Assembly: GCA_963675755.2 (NCBI GenBank)
Contig: CAXXMD010000003.1
Coordinates: 2,752,001 to 2,816,000, forward strand
DNA from: a bacterium
GTDB lineage: Bacteria; Zhuqueibacterota; Zhuqueibacteria; Residuimicrobiales; Krinioviventaceae
Reading direction: 5' to 3'
Length of the DNA: 64,000 nucleotides
Numbering within the stretch: the first letter of the stretch is position 1; each line of letters opens with the position of its first letter. Positions 10,065 to 20,913 of the stretch are shown piece after piece. The position numbers and the translations under genes are program-made. The notes beneath the pieces were generated by a model that was not told the origin of the DNA, did not search any database, and worked only from the letters and a program-made list of their open reading frames with translations.

Positions 10065-11261
10065 TTATTCGATAATGTCTTTATCTACTATCTGTCCCGG
10101 ACGTGTCTGCATGTTTGGCCAAAGCTTACGGCCCGGAAGCAGGCTGGTATTGATACCGGTCATGCAACCGTCTGATAGAATCGCTCCCAATTTATCTCTT
10201 CCGCTGGGTACAAGATTATCTTTGATTGCGGATTGGATTTCTTTTTTATCGTGACGAACATTAGCTGTAATGGTACCGGCACCAATGTTACAATCCTGGC
10301 CTACAACCGAATCACCAATATAGCTCAAATGACATACCAGGCTGTTTTCCATAATGACCGAGTTTTTGATCTCTACGGCATTGCCAATGCGGCAGTTGTT
10401 ACCCACAGAAGTAAATGAGCGGATGTAACAATTGGGGCCGATATCACAATTATTACCAATAATTACCGGTCCTTCTATATAAGCGCCAGAACGTACCAGG
10501 GTATTTTCTCCAATGGTAACTGCTCCTTTGATAACAGCGCCGTCTTCCACAGTGCCTTTAATGTTTTGATCTTTCATATCCGGCATGAAAAATTCCTGAT
10601 GACGCAGCAGGTCCCAGGCATAACCGGTAGGCAGCCAGAATCCCTCAATTGGCAGTGCATAGAAATCCTGTTTTTGGGCAACAGCTTGTATTGCAGAGGT
10701 GATCTCGATCTCGCCGCGCTCGCTCAGGGGTGTTTGTTCAAGCTCCTGCATGAATTCTTCCTGCAGTACATAACAACCAATATTTACCAGATCGCCAATA
10801 TATTCTTGAGGTTTCTCAACCAGGTTGAGCACCTTGTTGTTTTCATCAACTTTGTATACACCGTACAAGTGTGGATTTTCAGCATGTTTAACCAGTGCGC
10901 CGTAATCCATTTGAACCAGTTTTTCAAGATCCTGACGGGCAAAGAGATCGTCGCCGTTCATGGCAACGAATTTACCTTTAATGTGAGGTTTTGCCTGCAA
11001 TACGGCATGCCCTGTGCCCAGTTGTTCCTTTTGTTCCTGATAAATGATATGCATGCCCTTGTACTCGCTGCCAAAGGCTTCTTCAATCATCTCTTTTTTA
11101 TAACCGGTTATAAGAATAACCTCGTCGAAAATACCGGTCAACTGGTCCAGGCTGTGTTCCAGCAATGGACGGTTCATAATAGGGAGTAGGGGTTTGGGGC
11201 GGGTCAAGGTGAGTGGATACGTTCTTGTGCTTTTTCCTGCAACCATCAGTACTGCTTGCAT
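10065..11261 (-). CDS. glmU: Bifunctional sugar-1-phosphate nucleotidyltransferase/acetyltransferase (archaeal GlmU-like)
   Basis: AG-x-STR-x2-PLT-x2-RPKPL NTP-transferase N-terminus, EQLGTGHA, SERGEIEIT, C-terminal hexapeptide repeats with HLSYIGDS. Confidence 0.8.
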   Translation of the reverse strand: MQAVLMVAGKSTRTYPLTLTRPKPLLPIMNRPLLEHSLDQLTGIFDEVILITGYKKEMIEEAFGSEYKGMHIIYQEQKEQLGTGHAVLQAKPHIKGKFVAMNGDDLFARQDLEKLVQMDYGALVKHAENPHLYGVYKVDENNKVLNLVEKPQEYIGDLVNIGCYVLQEEFMQELEQTPLSERGEIEITSAIQAVAQKQDFYALPIEGFWLPTGYAWDLLRHQEFFMPDMKDQNIKGTVEDGAVIKGAVTIGENTLVRSGAYIEGPVIIGNNCDIGPNCYIRSFTSVGNNCRIGNAVEIKNSVIMENSLVCHLSYIGDSVVGQDCNIGAGTITANVRHDKKEIQSAIKDNLVPSGRDKLGAILSDGCMTGINTSLLPGRKLWPNMQTRPGQIVDKDIIE

Positions 11262-11495
11262 ATCTATATCTCCAATTTGATTTTTTTGAACTATTATGAA
11301 TAGAATACAGCAATATAGGGCAATCTGGTGAAAAATTCAACCGGATTTGCATTGTTATGGGGATTCTCATATTTTTTGATATATTTGTATGTATAACGCC
11401 AAAATGTTTTTACTTGAATTTAAACGCTTTTGTTTTTATTATAGAATGCTGAAAATGAACAATTATTAATCAATCCAGATAAATTCGGAAGGATA

Positions 11496-12302
11496 TTGGA
11501 AATGAAAAACGAAATGAGTAGAAGGGCCTTTGTTGGTACTACCGCAGCAGCAACCATGGGCGCGGCGTTGAGTGCTAAATCTTTATGGGCAAAAAACGAG
11601 ACTCCCAAGCGCAAAGCCTTGCTGGTATGGGGGGGATGGAAAGGACACGAACCAGAACAGTGTAAAGATATTTTTGCTCCCTTTATGCGTGAACAGGGCT
11701 GGGACGTTGTTGTTTCTGACACTCTGGATTCTTATACCGATAAAGCGCTGATGGATTCTTTGGACCTGGTTGTGCAGGTATGGACTTCCGGCGAGATCAC
11801 CAAAGAGCAGTCCCAGGGTTTGATTACCGCGGTTAAAGGCGGTGTAGGCATGGCTGGCTGGCATGGCGGTATGTGTGATTCGTTTCGTTCCAATACCGAA
11901 TATCAGTTCATGACCGGTGGTCAGTGGGTAGCTCACCCCGGTGGTGTGATTGACTATCATGTAAATATCACAGACCATGATGATCCGGTTACTGCCGGAC
12001 TGAGAGATTTTGATATGCATTCCGAACAATATTATATGCATGTGGATCCCACCATGAAGGTAATGGCAACAACCACGTTTACCGGTGACAATTCTCCCTG
12101 GATTGATGGCGCTGTTATGCCGGTGGTATGGAAAAAATATTACGGTCAGGGACGTATTTTTTATTGTTCACTGGGACACGTAGCCAAAGATTTTGAGGTA
12201 CCGGAAGCATTGACCATTGTACAACGCGGAATTTTATGGGCTGCCGAGAGCAAATACGGTCCCAAAGAGACATGGTTAGATTCTGTTTATCCGAAAAAAT
12301 AA
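11496..12302 (+). CDS. ThuA-like (class I GATase fold) protein with Tat signal
   Basis: SRRAF twin-Arg; WGGW-x-[25 protein letters not shown]; start may be ATG 11502 or 11514. Confidence 0.88.
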   Translation: MEMKNEMSRRAFVGTTAAATMGAALSAKSLWAKNETPKRKALLVWGGWKGHEPEQCKDIFAPFMREQGWDVVVSDTLDSYTDKALMDSLDLVVQVWTSGEITKEQSQGLITAVKGGVGMAGWHGGMCDSFRSNTEYQFMTGGQWVAHPGGVIDYHVNITDHDDPVTAGLRDFDMHSEQYYMHVDPTMKVMATTTFTGDNSPWIDGAVMPVVWKKYYGQGRIFYCSLGHVAKDFEVPEALTIVQRGILWAAESKYGPKETWLDSVYPKK

Positions 12303-12360
12303 GAATTATAAATATTTATCCCCATTCCAGGAATTTGTTCGGGAGTGGGGATATCAATAT

Positions 12361-12618
12361 ATGGATTTAGCATGTATGAGTGATAAAGATCAAATCTTAA
12401 AATGGACAACTACCTGGCAAAAAGCGAGTGATGCATTGAATGCTGTCAAGGTTGAAACCCTGCGCGATAAAAATTATTACAATAAAAATAAAGCTGTGCT
12501 TAACGATATGCTACAATATGCTTTTGATCATCGTGTGGAGCGTAAGGATAGTGGTTTGGTCGAGATGCAAAGCTATTTTATGAAAATCCATCAACAGATT
12601 TTGGATAAAACTGAATGA
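12361..12618 (+). CDS. Small hypothetical protein, putative partner of the downstream nucleotidyltransferase
   Basis: 85 aa; ATGA overlap with the next gene. Confidence 0.6.
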   Translation: MDLACMSDKDQILKWTTTWQKASDALNAVKVETLRDKNYYNKNKAVLNDMLQYAFDHRVERKDSGLVEMQSYFMKIHQQILDKTE

Positions 12619-13190
12619 GTATTGTGGGGAAAATTAATCCTCTATTTAATGCTGCGTTAGAATTTCAAGAGTTTTTTGAAAGACAGAGATGGGGTTTTTG
12701 TTTTATCGGTGGATTGGCAGTGCTGCGATGGGGAGAACTGCGAATGACCCAGGATGTGGATTTGTGCTTGCATTGTGGATTTGGTATGGAAAAGACATAT
12801 ATAGAGCCACTTTTGAATAGTTTTAGCGCAAGAATTACTGATGCACATGAGTTTGCAATGCAGAATAGAGTTCTCTTGTTATATGCGTCAAATGGTGTTT
12901 CAATGGATATCACACTATCAGGATTACCATTTGAAGAAATGATGATAAAACGGGCAACTTATTATGAATTTGATACTGCTTTGTCTCTTTTTACCTGCTC
13001 TGCTGAAGATTTAATTGTTTTAAAAGCATTTGCAGACCGTTCAAAAGACTGGATGGATATAGAATCTATTTTACTACGTCAATCCTATCTTGATCAAGAT
13101 TATATCTTTACAAAACTTGAGCCTCTTGTAGCCGCAAAAGAATCTATTGAAATTATTCCCCGCTTACAAACACTGATTTCAAAATCATAA
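12615..13190 (+). CDS. Nucleotidyltransferase-fold protein (AbiEii/DUF6036-like)
   Basis: IGGLAV-x5-R-x-T-x-DVD and EDLIVLKAFA-x-R-x-KD-x2-D motifs. Confidence 0.8.
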   Translation: MSIVGKINPLFNAALEFQEFFERQRWGFCFIGGLAVLRWGELRMTQDVDLCLHCGFGMEKTYIEPLLNSFSARITDAHEFAMQNRVLLLYASNGVSMDITLSGLPFEEMMIKRATYYEFDTALSLFTCSAEDLIVLKAFADRSKDWMDIESILLRQSYLDQDYIFTKLEPLVAAKESIEIIPRLQTLISKS

Positions 13191-13195
13191 CAACA

Positions 13196-13510
13196 TTATT
13201 CCACAAATGCCATCTTTATGGTTTGGGTATAATTCCCGGATTGCATTCTGGCGAAATAGATACCGCTTGATACCGGTTCACCGAAATCATTGGTGCCGTT
13301 CCATTTGACCGAGTTTTGCAGAGCTGTTTGATACCTATCCACGAGTGTTGACACCTTTTGCCCAAGCATATTATAAATAGTGATATTGACTTGTCCTGGA
13401 TATTGCAAAGTATAGCTCAGGGTTGTAGTACCGTTAAAGGGGTTGGGAAAGTTGTTGAGCAAATGGTAACCCGATATTGCGACTGTCTCGGTTTCATCTA
13501 TGCCAGTTGG
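13196..13510 (-). repeat. CTD-coding direct repeat family 1, copy A (others about 15414-15670, 16486-16800, 18697-18960, 20914-21230, 23117-23375)
   Basis: Six copies sharing long identical DNA blocks, e.g. gcattctggcgaaataga, ccgaaatcattgg, ccgttccattt. Confidence 0.95.
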
Positions 13511-15400
13511 GAACTGTCCCAGTTTGATCAATCCATAATCGTCAGTGCTAATCCATTTGTTGTTATGCTGGTCAATTTGAATGTAATTGATTTCATCGAG
13601 AGGGATACCAATATCAGTAGAGTCGATACGTGTCCAGGTCTCATTTGCATATTTATAAAGTGCTTCAGCGGTGCTTTGCCAGATTGCTCCCGTACTATCC
13701 AGGGCAAATGCGTTACGAATGATTCCATTTTGGTTTGCTTCATTTTCAATATTTTTCCATTCTATACCATCAAAGCACGAAATACCTTTTGTTGTTTTTA
13801 CCCATATATTGTTGTTATTGTCAGACAGTATCGCTCCAATTTGACTTGTATTCAATTCGCTATTTTCATTGTTGTAGCTAGTCCATTGATCATTAGAATA
13901 TTTTAGAATACCATGTTCATAAGTTGAAAACCAGATGTTGCCAAGCTTATCAACATAAATACTATTTATGTATGGATTTTTTTCAATATTTGGAGGATAA
14001 ATATATTGCCAAATCGAGCCGTTAAATTTAACAAGCCAACCATCTTGTACAAACCAGAGATTGTTTTCTTTGTCAAAAGTAAGTTCGCGAATAGAATAAC
14101 TTTTGTTAATGATTGGATCTGTATCTTTATTATAAATTGTCCATACATTGCCATCATATTTTGAAATTACACCAGGTTCTACATATTTTATCTCCTCACT
14201 CATGGTGCTGAACCAAACATTGTTATAATTGTCAAGTGTTATTGATTGGACCCAATTGGTGCCTAATCCACTGTTGTTTTTGTTATAATTATACCAGTGA
14301 TTATTATTCAAGTATGAAGCTCCGGGATATCCACCAAACCATATCCCGTTGTTTTTGTCTAATAATATTTTATAAACATCATGTTGTGATATAGTTTGTA
14401 ACGGGTATTCTATCCAATTGTTATTTTCAACTTTGACTAGTCCTTGTTCTGTTCCTATCCAGATATTGTTGTGTTTGTCTTTTTTTATTGTATTAATTGC
14501 CAGAGTAGGCAGAATACTGTTTTCTGTGTCAAAAGATTCCCAGATGTCACCATTTTTGATTAATGTTATCCCTTCATCTCTATCAATATGTCCGGTAGTC
14601 AACCATACATTATAATCGTCATCTATACAAATTTCTTTTACCCACGAACGTGGCAGGTTACTGTTTTGAAAAGAGTATTCATTGATAGAGCCATCCGGTT
14701 TAATGATTTTAATGCCATAAGGCCAGTCATCACCAATACCACACCAGATATTTCCATAAATGTCTATCTCAATATCCTGGACCGCTTCAATTTCATTAAA
14801 ATGAGTCCAGGAATTACCTGAAAAATTGGATACTCCATTGACTGTGCTCATCCAGATATTGTCATATTGATCAATTTCTAATAATTTTACAAAATTTGAT
14901 AATATTTCACTATTATCTGTATTGTATATGGTCCAGTTTCCGTTTATTATTTGTACCAGCCCATTATCTGTTCCAATATACAAATGTCCTTTTGCATTCA
15001 CTTTTAGCGCATTGATGGTATTGGAGGGTAAATCAGAATTATCAGTCGTATATTGGGTCCAATGTGAATCGTCAAAGGAGAATAATGCGCTTATTATTTG
15101 TCTGTCTTTAATTTTATATAAAGAGAACCATTTTGTTCCTGAACTGTCAATTGCCATTGCTTTCACGTTTAAATAGGTGAGTCTGTCATTATAATCAAAA
15201 TGTTCCAGGGTATTTGTTCTAGTATTTATTCTGACGATTCCTGCATCATTCGTATATCCTGTAGCCCCTATCCAGATATAATCCCCTTCAAAATCAATAC
15301 AGTTGACATTTTGCTTGCTTGTAAAGTATTCCCAGCTTTCCTGTGCATATGCTGCAAGACTTAAAAAAAGTATAAAAACGATAAAAGAAAAGTGTTTCAT
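13196..15400 (-). CDS. Secreted beta-propeller protein (two-component-regulator propeller repeats) with T9SS-type CTD; array copy A
   Basis: Signal peptide MKHF..AYA; many D-x2-(G/N)N-x-W repeats; NNFPNPFN...KMAFVE tail. Confidence 0.9.
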   Translation of the reverse strand: MKHFSFIVFILFLSLAAYAQESWEYFTSKQNVNCIDFEGDYIWIGATGYTNDAGIVRINTRTNTLEHFDYNDRLTYLNVKAMAIDSSGTKWFSLYKIKDRQIISALFSFDDSHWTQYTTDNSDLPSNTINALKVNAKGHLYIGTDNGLVQIINGNWTIYNTDNSEILSNFVKLLEIDQYDNIWMSTVNGVSNFSGNSWTHFNEIEAVQDIEIDIYGNIWCGIGDDWPYGIKIIKPDGSINEYSFQNSNLPRSWVKEICIDDDYNVWLTTGHIDRDEGITLIKNGDIWESFDTENSILPTLAINTIKKDKHNNIWIGTEQGLVKVENNNWIEYPLQTISQHDVYKILLDKNNGIWFGGYPGASYLNNNHWYNYNKNNSGLGTNWVQSITLDNYNNVWFSTMSEEIKYVEPGVISKYDGNVWTIYNKDTDPIINKSYSIRELTFDKENNLWFVQDGWLVKFNGSIWQYIYPPNIEKNPYINSIYVDKLGNIWFSTYEHGILKYSNDQWTSYNNENSELNTSQIGAILSDNNNNIWVKTTKGISCFDGIEWKNIENEANQNGIIRNAFALDSTGAIWQSTAEALYKYANETWTRIDSTDIGIPLDEINYIQIDQHNNKWISTDDYGLIKLGQFPTGIDETETVAISGYHLLNNFPNPFNGTTTLSYTLQYPGQVNITIYNMLGQKVSTLVDRYQTALQNSVKWNGTNDFGEPVSSGIYFARMQSGNYTQTIKMAFVE

Positions 15401-15425
15401 TTATAACCCCTGTTTATTCTACAAA
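15310..15425 (-). repeat. Junction repeat alpha (CTD end + intergenic + MKHF signal peptide); second copy about 23013-23128
   Basis: About 115 nt with one mismatch by eye, including spacer TAAACAGGGGTTATAAATG. Confidence 0.95.
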
Positions 15426-16472
15426 CGCCATTTTTATTGTTTTGGTATAATCCCCGCTCCGCATTCTGGCGAAATAGATGCCGCTGGAGACCGATTCACC
15501 GAAATCATTGGTACCGTTCCATTTGACCGTGTATTGCAGACCTGTTTGATACCCATCCACAAGCGTTGCCACCTTTTGCCCCAGCATATTATATATCGTA
15601 ATATTGACATACCCTGTATTTTGCAGGGTATAGCTCAGGGTTGTAATGCCGTTAAAGGGGTTGGGATAATTATAAAAGAGTTGGTAAATTGACGGGATAG
15701 ATACATCACTGGAATCTGAATCTTCATTTTTTGTCGTATCTGGTTCCAGTATTGTTGTTTCAAAATATTTAAAATAGTCGGTAGTATCACCATAAATTGT
15801 GTTGTTAATCTTTGCCCCTGTTAATGTATACCTCAAGCCGGATTCACTAGTTGTAATATATAAACAAGCCATGCCAAATTTTTCTATCCACAACACATTA
15901 GCGATTCTTGCTGGCCCTGAATTGCTATGGTATTGAATATAATTTTCAAAATTTGTTTTAAATGTGAGTTTCCTTCCGGGATTGGTATTTAATGTTTCAG
16001 CAAAAGGGTAATCACCTTTTGGTATAATATAGAATGAACCCTCTGTTGGAATAAAAAAAAGATCATCTATATATAGTGGTTTACCGTATGTATATGTGAG
16101 GTCAACAATAGTATCATTTAATGTGTCATTTGAAGAATTTGTGAATATAGATTCAACGATATTCGTGTCAGCATATTCATGCCGGAACGCTGTATATTCA
16201 CGATATAAAAAATCCAATAACGGAGTATTATCCATGCCTCCGCCTTTATATTCATATTCTTTTATTTTATAGTAAACTTTATTATTGATTAAAGTATCGC
16301 CTATGACCTCCTGAGTGCAAAATCCTCTTGTTCGATGACCTCCATGCCTAGCACCACTGATATCATAAAACCATTTATTACCCACCTGAAGTTCTTTGGC
16401 AAGATAGTGCTGGCTGTGAACCGTAAGTATGACTGCAAGACAAAGTAAAGTTGTTAAAATTGTTTTATTCAT
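15414..16472 (-). CDS. Secreted hypothetical protein with T9SS-type CTD; array copy B (passenger unrelated to the propellers)
   Basis: Signal peptide, LQVGNKWFY motif, YNYPNPFN...KMAFVE tail. Confidence 0.85.
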   Translation of the reverse strand: MNKTILTTLLCLAVILTVHSQHYLAKELQVGNKWFYDISGARHGGHRTRGFCTQEVIGDTLINNKVYYKIKEYEYKGGGMDNTPLLDFLYREYTAFRHEYADTNIVESIFTNSSNDTLNDTIVDLTYTYGKPLYIDDLFFIPTEGSFYIIPKGDYPFAETLNTNPGRKLTFKTNFENYIQYHSNSGPARIANVLWIEKFGMACLYITTSESGLRYTLTGAKINNTIYGDTTDYFKYFETTILEPDTTKNEDSDSSDVSIPSIYQLFYNYPNPFNGITTLSYTLQNTGYVNITIYNMLGQKVATLVDGYQTGLQYTVKWNGTNDFGESVSSGIYFARMRSGDYTKTIKMAFVE

Positions 16473-16485
16473 TTAGTGCCCCTAT

Positions 16486-18684
16486 TTATTCCACAAACGC
16501 CATTTTTATTGTTTTGGTATAATCCCCGGTTTGCATTCTGGCGAAATAGATACCGCTGGAGGCCGGTTCACCGAAATCATTGGTACCGTTCCATTTGACC
16601 GTGTATTGCAGACCTGTTTGATACCCATCCACGAGCGTTGCCACCTTTTGCCCCAGCATGTTGTATATCGTAATATTGACATACCCCGGATTCTGCAGGG
16701 TATAGCTCAGGGTTGTTGCACCGTTAAAGGGGTTGGGAAAGTTGTTGAGCAAATGGTAACCCGATATTGCGACTGTCTCGGTTTCATTGATGCCTGTTGG
16801 TAAATGATCCAGCAGTTTAATGAGACCATTCCGGTATGTACCCAGCCATTTGTTATTTGCCTGGTCTACGCATATTTCCCAAATATCCACCAAGGGTTTA
16901 TTCATATCTGTCTGTTCGATGAATGTTAATTCAGCATTTTCCAGTTTGTATAAACCACTGTCGACACTTGCCCAAACAACTCCCAGGCTGTCTATTGCCA
17001 GTCCGTTATTGTTACCGATACTAATAGTATGATCATTTTGATAATTATAATTTGTCCAGTTTGAACCATCAAAACAGGAGATTGTATGTTTTGTTTTGAC
17101 CCAAATATTATTTTCTTTATCAGAATCTATTGCAAATATGGAATTGTTTGATAAATTGCTGTTTTCTGTATTGTAAAAAGTCCAATTTATATGGTCATAT
17201 TTCAATACCCCCTGACTACCGGTAGCAAACCAGATATTGTTTCTCGAATCGACCACAATATCAATCGTTCGTGGGACCATTTCTACATTTGGAGGGTTCA
17301 TATATTGCCATATCGTTCCATCATATTTTACAATCCCACCATCTTTAATAAACCACAAGTTGTTATTCTTGTCAAACACAAGCTTTTCCATAATATAGCT
17401 GTTATTGATAATCGGGTCGGTGTATTTATTATAAAGTGTCCATTCTGTACCGTTAAATTTGGAAATATAGCCAGGTTGTGTGTACTTGGAATTTTCGTCT
17501 ACGGCGCTGAACCATACATTGTTATCATTATCCAACGTTATTGATTTAACCCAATTAGAGCCGATACCACTGTTTTTTACATGATAATTGTACCAATGAT
17601 TGTTTTTATAATAAGAAACACCAGGATTTCCACCAAACCATATTCCATTGTTCCTGTCTGGTGTTATTGTTAATGTAACGCCGGGTTGTAGAGATTGAAT
17701 AGGATATTGTTCCCAATTGTCATTTTCAACTTTAATCAATCCCTTATCAGTACAGATCCATATTCTGTTTTTTTTATCTTTTTTAATGGATTTGATATAA
17801 TTTGTTAGAATACTGTTGCTTGAATTAAAAGTGGTCCAGTTAGTACCGTTGTTGCTGACCATAATCTCGTTGTATTGATCATATGAACCAGTGATCAACC
17901 AAACCTTATTGTTATCAAAACAAATATCTCTTATCCATCGTTTTGGTATATCGCTATTTTGATAACTAATTTCCCTGATTGAGCCATCGGGTTTGATGAT
18001 TTTCAATCCATAGGGACTGTCATTACCTATTGCACACCATACGTTGTCGAGTTGATCAATTTTAATGTCCATAATCCATGATATAATATTAACCCCGAAA
18101 TTTGTCCAGCTGCTGCCCGAGAATTTTGATAAACCTAAATATGTTCCAATCCACACGTTTTCTTGACTATCAAAAGCAATACAGTTAATACCATCTGCAA
18201 TGATTTCACTATTGGTTGTGTTGAATACCTGCCAATTGTTATCGGCCAATACTGCCAATCCTTTATCTGTACCAATATATAAATGCCCTTTGGAATTAAC
18301 TTTTAATGTATTGATTTTGTTGGAAGGCAAACCCGAGTTTTCTGTTGTGTATTTTTTCCAGTTGTTGTTATCAAATGAAAATAGAGCCCATTCAATTGAA
18401 CTTTTTTTATATAAATTCATTGCAAACCATTTAACACCAGAACTGTCAATTGCCATAGCATTAACATTTGGCATTGTTAATCCTTCATTATAATCAAATT
18501 CTTTATGAGAATTGTCAATTGTATTTTGTTTAACGATTCCTCCGGTAGTACCGATCCAGATATTGTCCTCTTCAAAATCGATACAGTTGACATTTTGTTT
18601 ACTGGTAAAGTATTCCCAGCTTTCTTGTGCAAAGCTTATTTGTATTGCCATGAAAAGGTACAAGATAATGAAAAGATTTCTCAT
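16486..18684 (-). CDS. Secreted beta-propeller protein with T9SS-type CTD; array copy C
   Basis: MRNL signal, QESWEYFTSKQ mature N-terminus, propeller repeats, KMAFVE tail. Confidence 0.9.
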   Translation of the reverse strand: MRNLFIILYLFMAIQISFAQESWEYFTSKQNVNCIDFEEDNIWIGTTGGIVKQNTIDNSHKEFDYNEGLTMPNVNAMAIDSSGVKWFAMNLYKKSSIEWALFSFDNNNWKKYTTENSGLPSNKINTLKVNSKGHLYIGTDKGLAVLADNNWQVFNTTNSEIIADGINCIAFDSQENVWIGTYLGLSKFSGSSWTNFGVNIISWIMDIKIDQLDNVWCAIGNDSPYGLKIIKPDGSIREISYQNSDIPKRWIRDICFDNNKVWLITGSYDQYNEIMVSNNGTNWTTFNSSNSILTNYIKSIKKDKKNRIWICTDKGLIKVENDNWEQYPIQSLQPGVTLTITPDRNNGIWFGGNPGVSYYKNNHWYNYHVKNSGIGSNWVKSITLDNDNNVWFSAVDENSKYTQPGYISKFNGTEWTLYNKYTDPIINNSYIMEKLVFDKNNNLWFIKDGGIVKYDGTIWQYMNPPNVEMVPRTIDIVVDSRNNIWFATGSQGVLKYDHINWTFYNTENSNLSNNSIFAIDSDKENNIWVKTKHTISCFDGSNWTNYNYQNDHTISIGNNNGLAIDSLGVVWASVDSGLYKLENAELTFIEQTDMNKPLVDIWEICVDQANNKWLGTYRNGLIKLLDHLPTGINETETVAISGYHLLNNFPNPFNGATTLSYTLQNPGYVNITIYNMLGQKVATLVDGYQTGLQYTVKWNGTNDFGEPASSGIYFARMQTGDYTKTIKMAFVE

Positions 18685-18717
18685 GATTTCCCCGTTTTAT
18701 TCTACAAATGCCATTTT
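18626..18717 (-). repeat. Junction repeat beta (CTD end + intergenic + MRNL signal peptide); second copy 20843-20934
   Basis: About 90 nt identical by eye, including spacer TAAAACGGGGAAATCATG. Confidence 0.95.
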
Positions 18718-20901
18718 TATTGTTTTGGTATAATCCCCGGTTTGCATTCTGGCGAAATAGATACCGCTGGAGACCTGCTCTCCGAAATTATTGGTGCCGT
18801 TCCATTTAACCGCGTTTTGCAGACCTGTTTGATACCAATCCACAAGCGTTACCACCTTTTGCCCCAGCATGTTGTATATTGATATGTTGACATGGCCAGG
18901 TGAATTCAGCGTATAGCTGATTGTTGTGCTGCTGTTAAAGGGATTGGGATAGTTGGCTAAGAAATGATAATCTAATATTGCTGTTGTTTCTTCTTTTTCT
19001 ATACCTGTAGGGTGCTGACCCAGCTTGATTAAACCATAAAGTTTTGTACCCAGCCATTTGTTGTTATATTTATCAATTTGTATACAATTGATTTCATCCA
19101 AGGGGATACCTAAATCTGTAGAGTCTATTCTAGACCAGGTTTCATTTTCAAATTTAAAAAGGGCCCCATAGGCATTTTCCCATACAGTACCGGAACTGTC
19201 AATTGCTAAACCCCCTAAAAAAGTGTTATTTAAACTATCATGATTTTTAGATGCTTCATTTTCATAATTCTGCCATTTAACACCATTAAAACAGGAAATT
19301 CCCTCTATTGTTTTGATCCATATATTGTTGTATGTATCTGTAATTATGGCATATATTCTATCTGAATTTAAATTGCTGTTTTCACAGTTGAATAAAGTCA
19401 ACGTATTATTATTGTATTGAAAAACTCCAAAATCAATTGATGCAAACCAAATATTGCCCTGTTTGTCAGATGTTATATCAACAGCATTAGGTCTAAATGT
19501 ATCATCCCCAATTTGTAATTTTCCCCAGTATGTTCCATCATAATACGAAATTGTACGATCTTTTAAGAACCAAAGGTTGTTCTTATTATCAAATACCATA
19601 TGTTCAATAAAGTAAGAGTGTCTTAAAAATGGTGCAGTGTTTTCATCATAAATAGTCCAATTGGTGCCATCAAATTGTGATATATAGCCTTGAGTAAAAT
19701 ATTTATTGGCAAATGAAGTACTAACCCACACTGAATTGTTTTGATCAATTGCAATGGAATGAGCCGAATTGGTTACCAGACCACTGTTAAAATCATAATA
19801 ATTCTCCCAATGGTTATCATGGTTTAAATGAGAAACTCCTCCACCGCCACCGACCCACAATTCACCGTTATTATCAAATGCTATTGATTGTATATAATAT
19901 GGAGGAGCTATGCCAGGTAAGGGGATGTTATACCATGTATCCTGTTCTATTTTAACCAGTCCCATGGAAGAACCAACCCAGATTCTGTTTTGTTTATCTT
20001 TTTTTATAACATACTTGTCGTTAATATTTAAAACACTGTTATCTTTATCATATTTTTGACATGAAGAATTGTCCGAATTAATTTTCAATAAACTGCCATT
20101 TCGGCTCATAGAGAAAGCATCGTAACTGGATATCCATTTATTGTTTTGATCGTCAATACAAATAGAGTGTATAGCAAAAATATTGAAATTACAGTTTGTA
20201 ATAGAAGGGGATTCAATAATGCCGTTTTTTATGACTTTTATTCCATAATAAACGGTACCACACCAAACAGTATTTTCATTATCAATATTAACGGTTTGTA
20301 CGCCATCGCCCAGGGCATAGATTTTATGTTCACCGGTAACTTGATTGTAATGAACAGCCCCGTTTGTTGCACCACACCAAACGTTATCATTGTTATCTAT
20401 CGAGATGGTTGTGATTGATAAAAAAGCTATATTTTCAAATATTATGGTTTTCCATATATTATTATCATATACGACAAGGCCTGAATCACTGCCGATAAAC
20501 AGTTTCCCTTTAGAATCCACAGCCAGAGCTGTAATTATATTAGATTGCAGGCCAGAGTTTTCTTTTGTGTATTTTGTCCAGTTTGCTCCGTCATATGCAA
20601 ACAGGGCACCTTCTCTGTTGTACCTGTTATTTGATAAAGCAAACCATTTTGTTCCGGAACTGTCAACCGCTATTGCCTGTACGTTTATCAATTTCAAGCC
20701 ATCATTGTAGTCAATCTCTTCAGAAGAATTATCCCTACTGTCCAGTTTAACAATACCACCGGTAGTACCTATCCATACGTAATCACCTTCGAAATCGATA
20801 CAGTTGACGCTTTGTTTGCTTGTAAAGTATTCCCAGCTTTCCTGTGCAAAGCTTATTTGTATTGCCATGAAAAGGTACAAGATAATGAAAAGATTTCTCA
20901 T
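18697..20901 (-). CDS. Secreted beta-propeller protein with T9SS-type CTD; array copy D
   Basis: MRNL signal, propeller repeats, KMAFVE tail. Confidence 0.9.
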   Translation of the reverse strand: MRNLFIILYLFMAIQISFAQESWEYFTSKQSVNCIDFEGDYVWIGTTGGIVKLDSRDNSSEEIDYNDGLKLINVQAIAVDSSGTKWFALSNNRYNREGALFAYDGANWTKYTKENSGLQSNIITALAVDSKGKLFIGSDSGLVVYDNNIWKTIIFENIAFLSITTISIDNNDNVWCGATNGAVHYNQVTGEHKIYALGDGVQTVNIDNENTVWCGTVYYGIKVIKNGIIESPSITNCNFNIFAIHSICIDDQNNKWISSYDAFSMSRNGSLLKINSDNSSCQKYDKDNSVLNINDKYVIKKDKQNRIWVGSSMGLVKIEQDTWYNIPLPGIAPPYYIQSIAFDNNGELWVGGGGGVSHLNHDNHWENYYDFNSGLVTNSAHSIAIDQNNSVWVSTSFANKYFTQGYISQFDGTNWTIYDENTAPFLRHSYFIEHMVFDNKNNLWFLKDRTISYYDGTYWGKLQIGDDTFRPNAVDITSDKQGNIWFASIDFGVFQYNNNTLTLFNCENSNLNSDRIYAIITDTYNNIWIKTIEGISCFNGVKWQNYENEASKNHDSLNNTFLGGLAIDSSGTVWENAYGALFKFENETWSRIDSTDLGIPLDEINCIQIDKYNNKWLGTKLYGLIKLGQHPTGIEKEETTAILDYHFLANYPNPFNSSTTISYTLNSPGHVNISIYNMLGQKVVTLVDWYQTGLQNAVKWNGTNNFGEQVSSGIYFARMQTGDYTKTIKMAFVE

Positions 20902-20913
20902 GATTTCCCCGTT

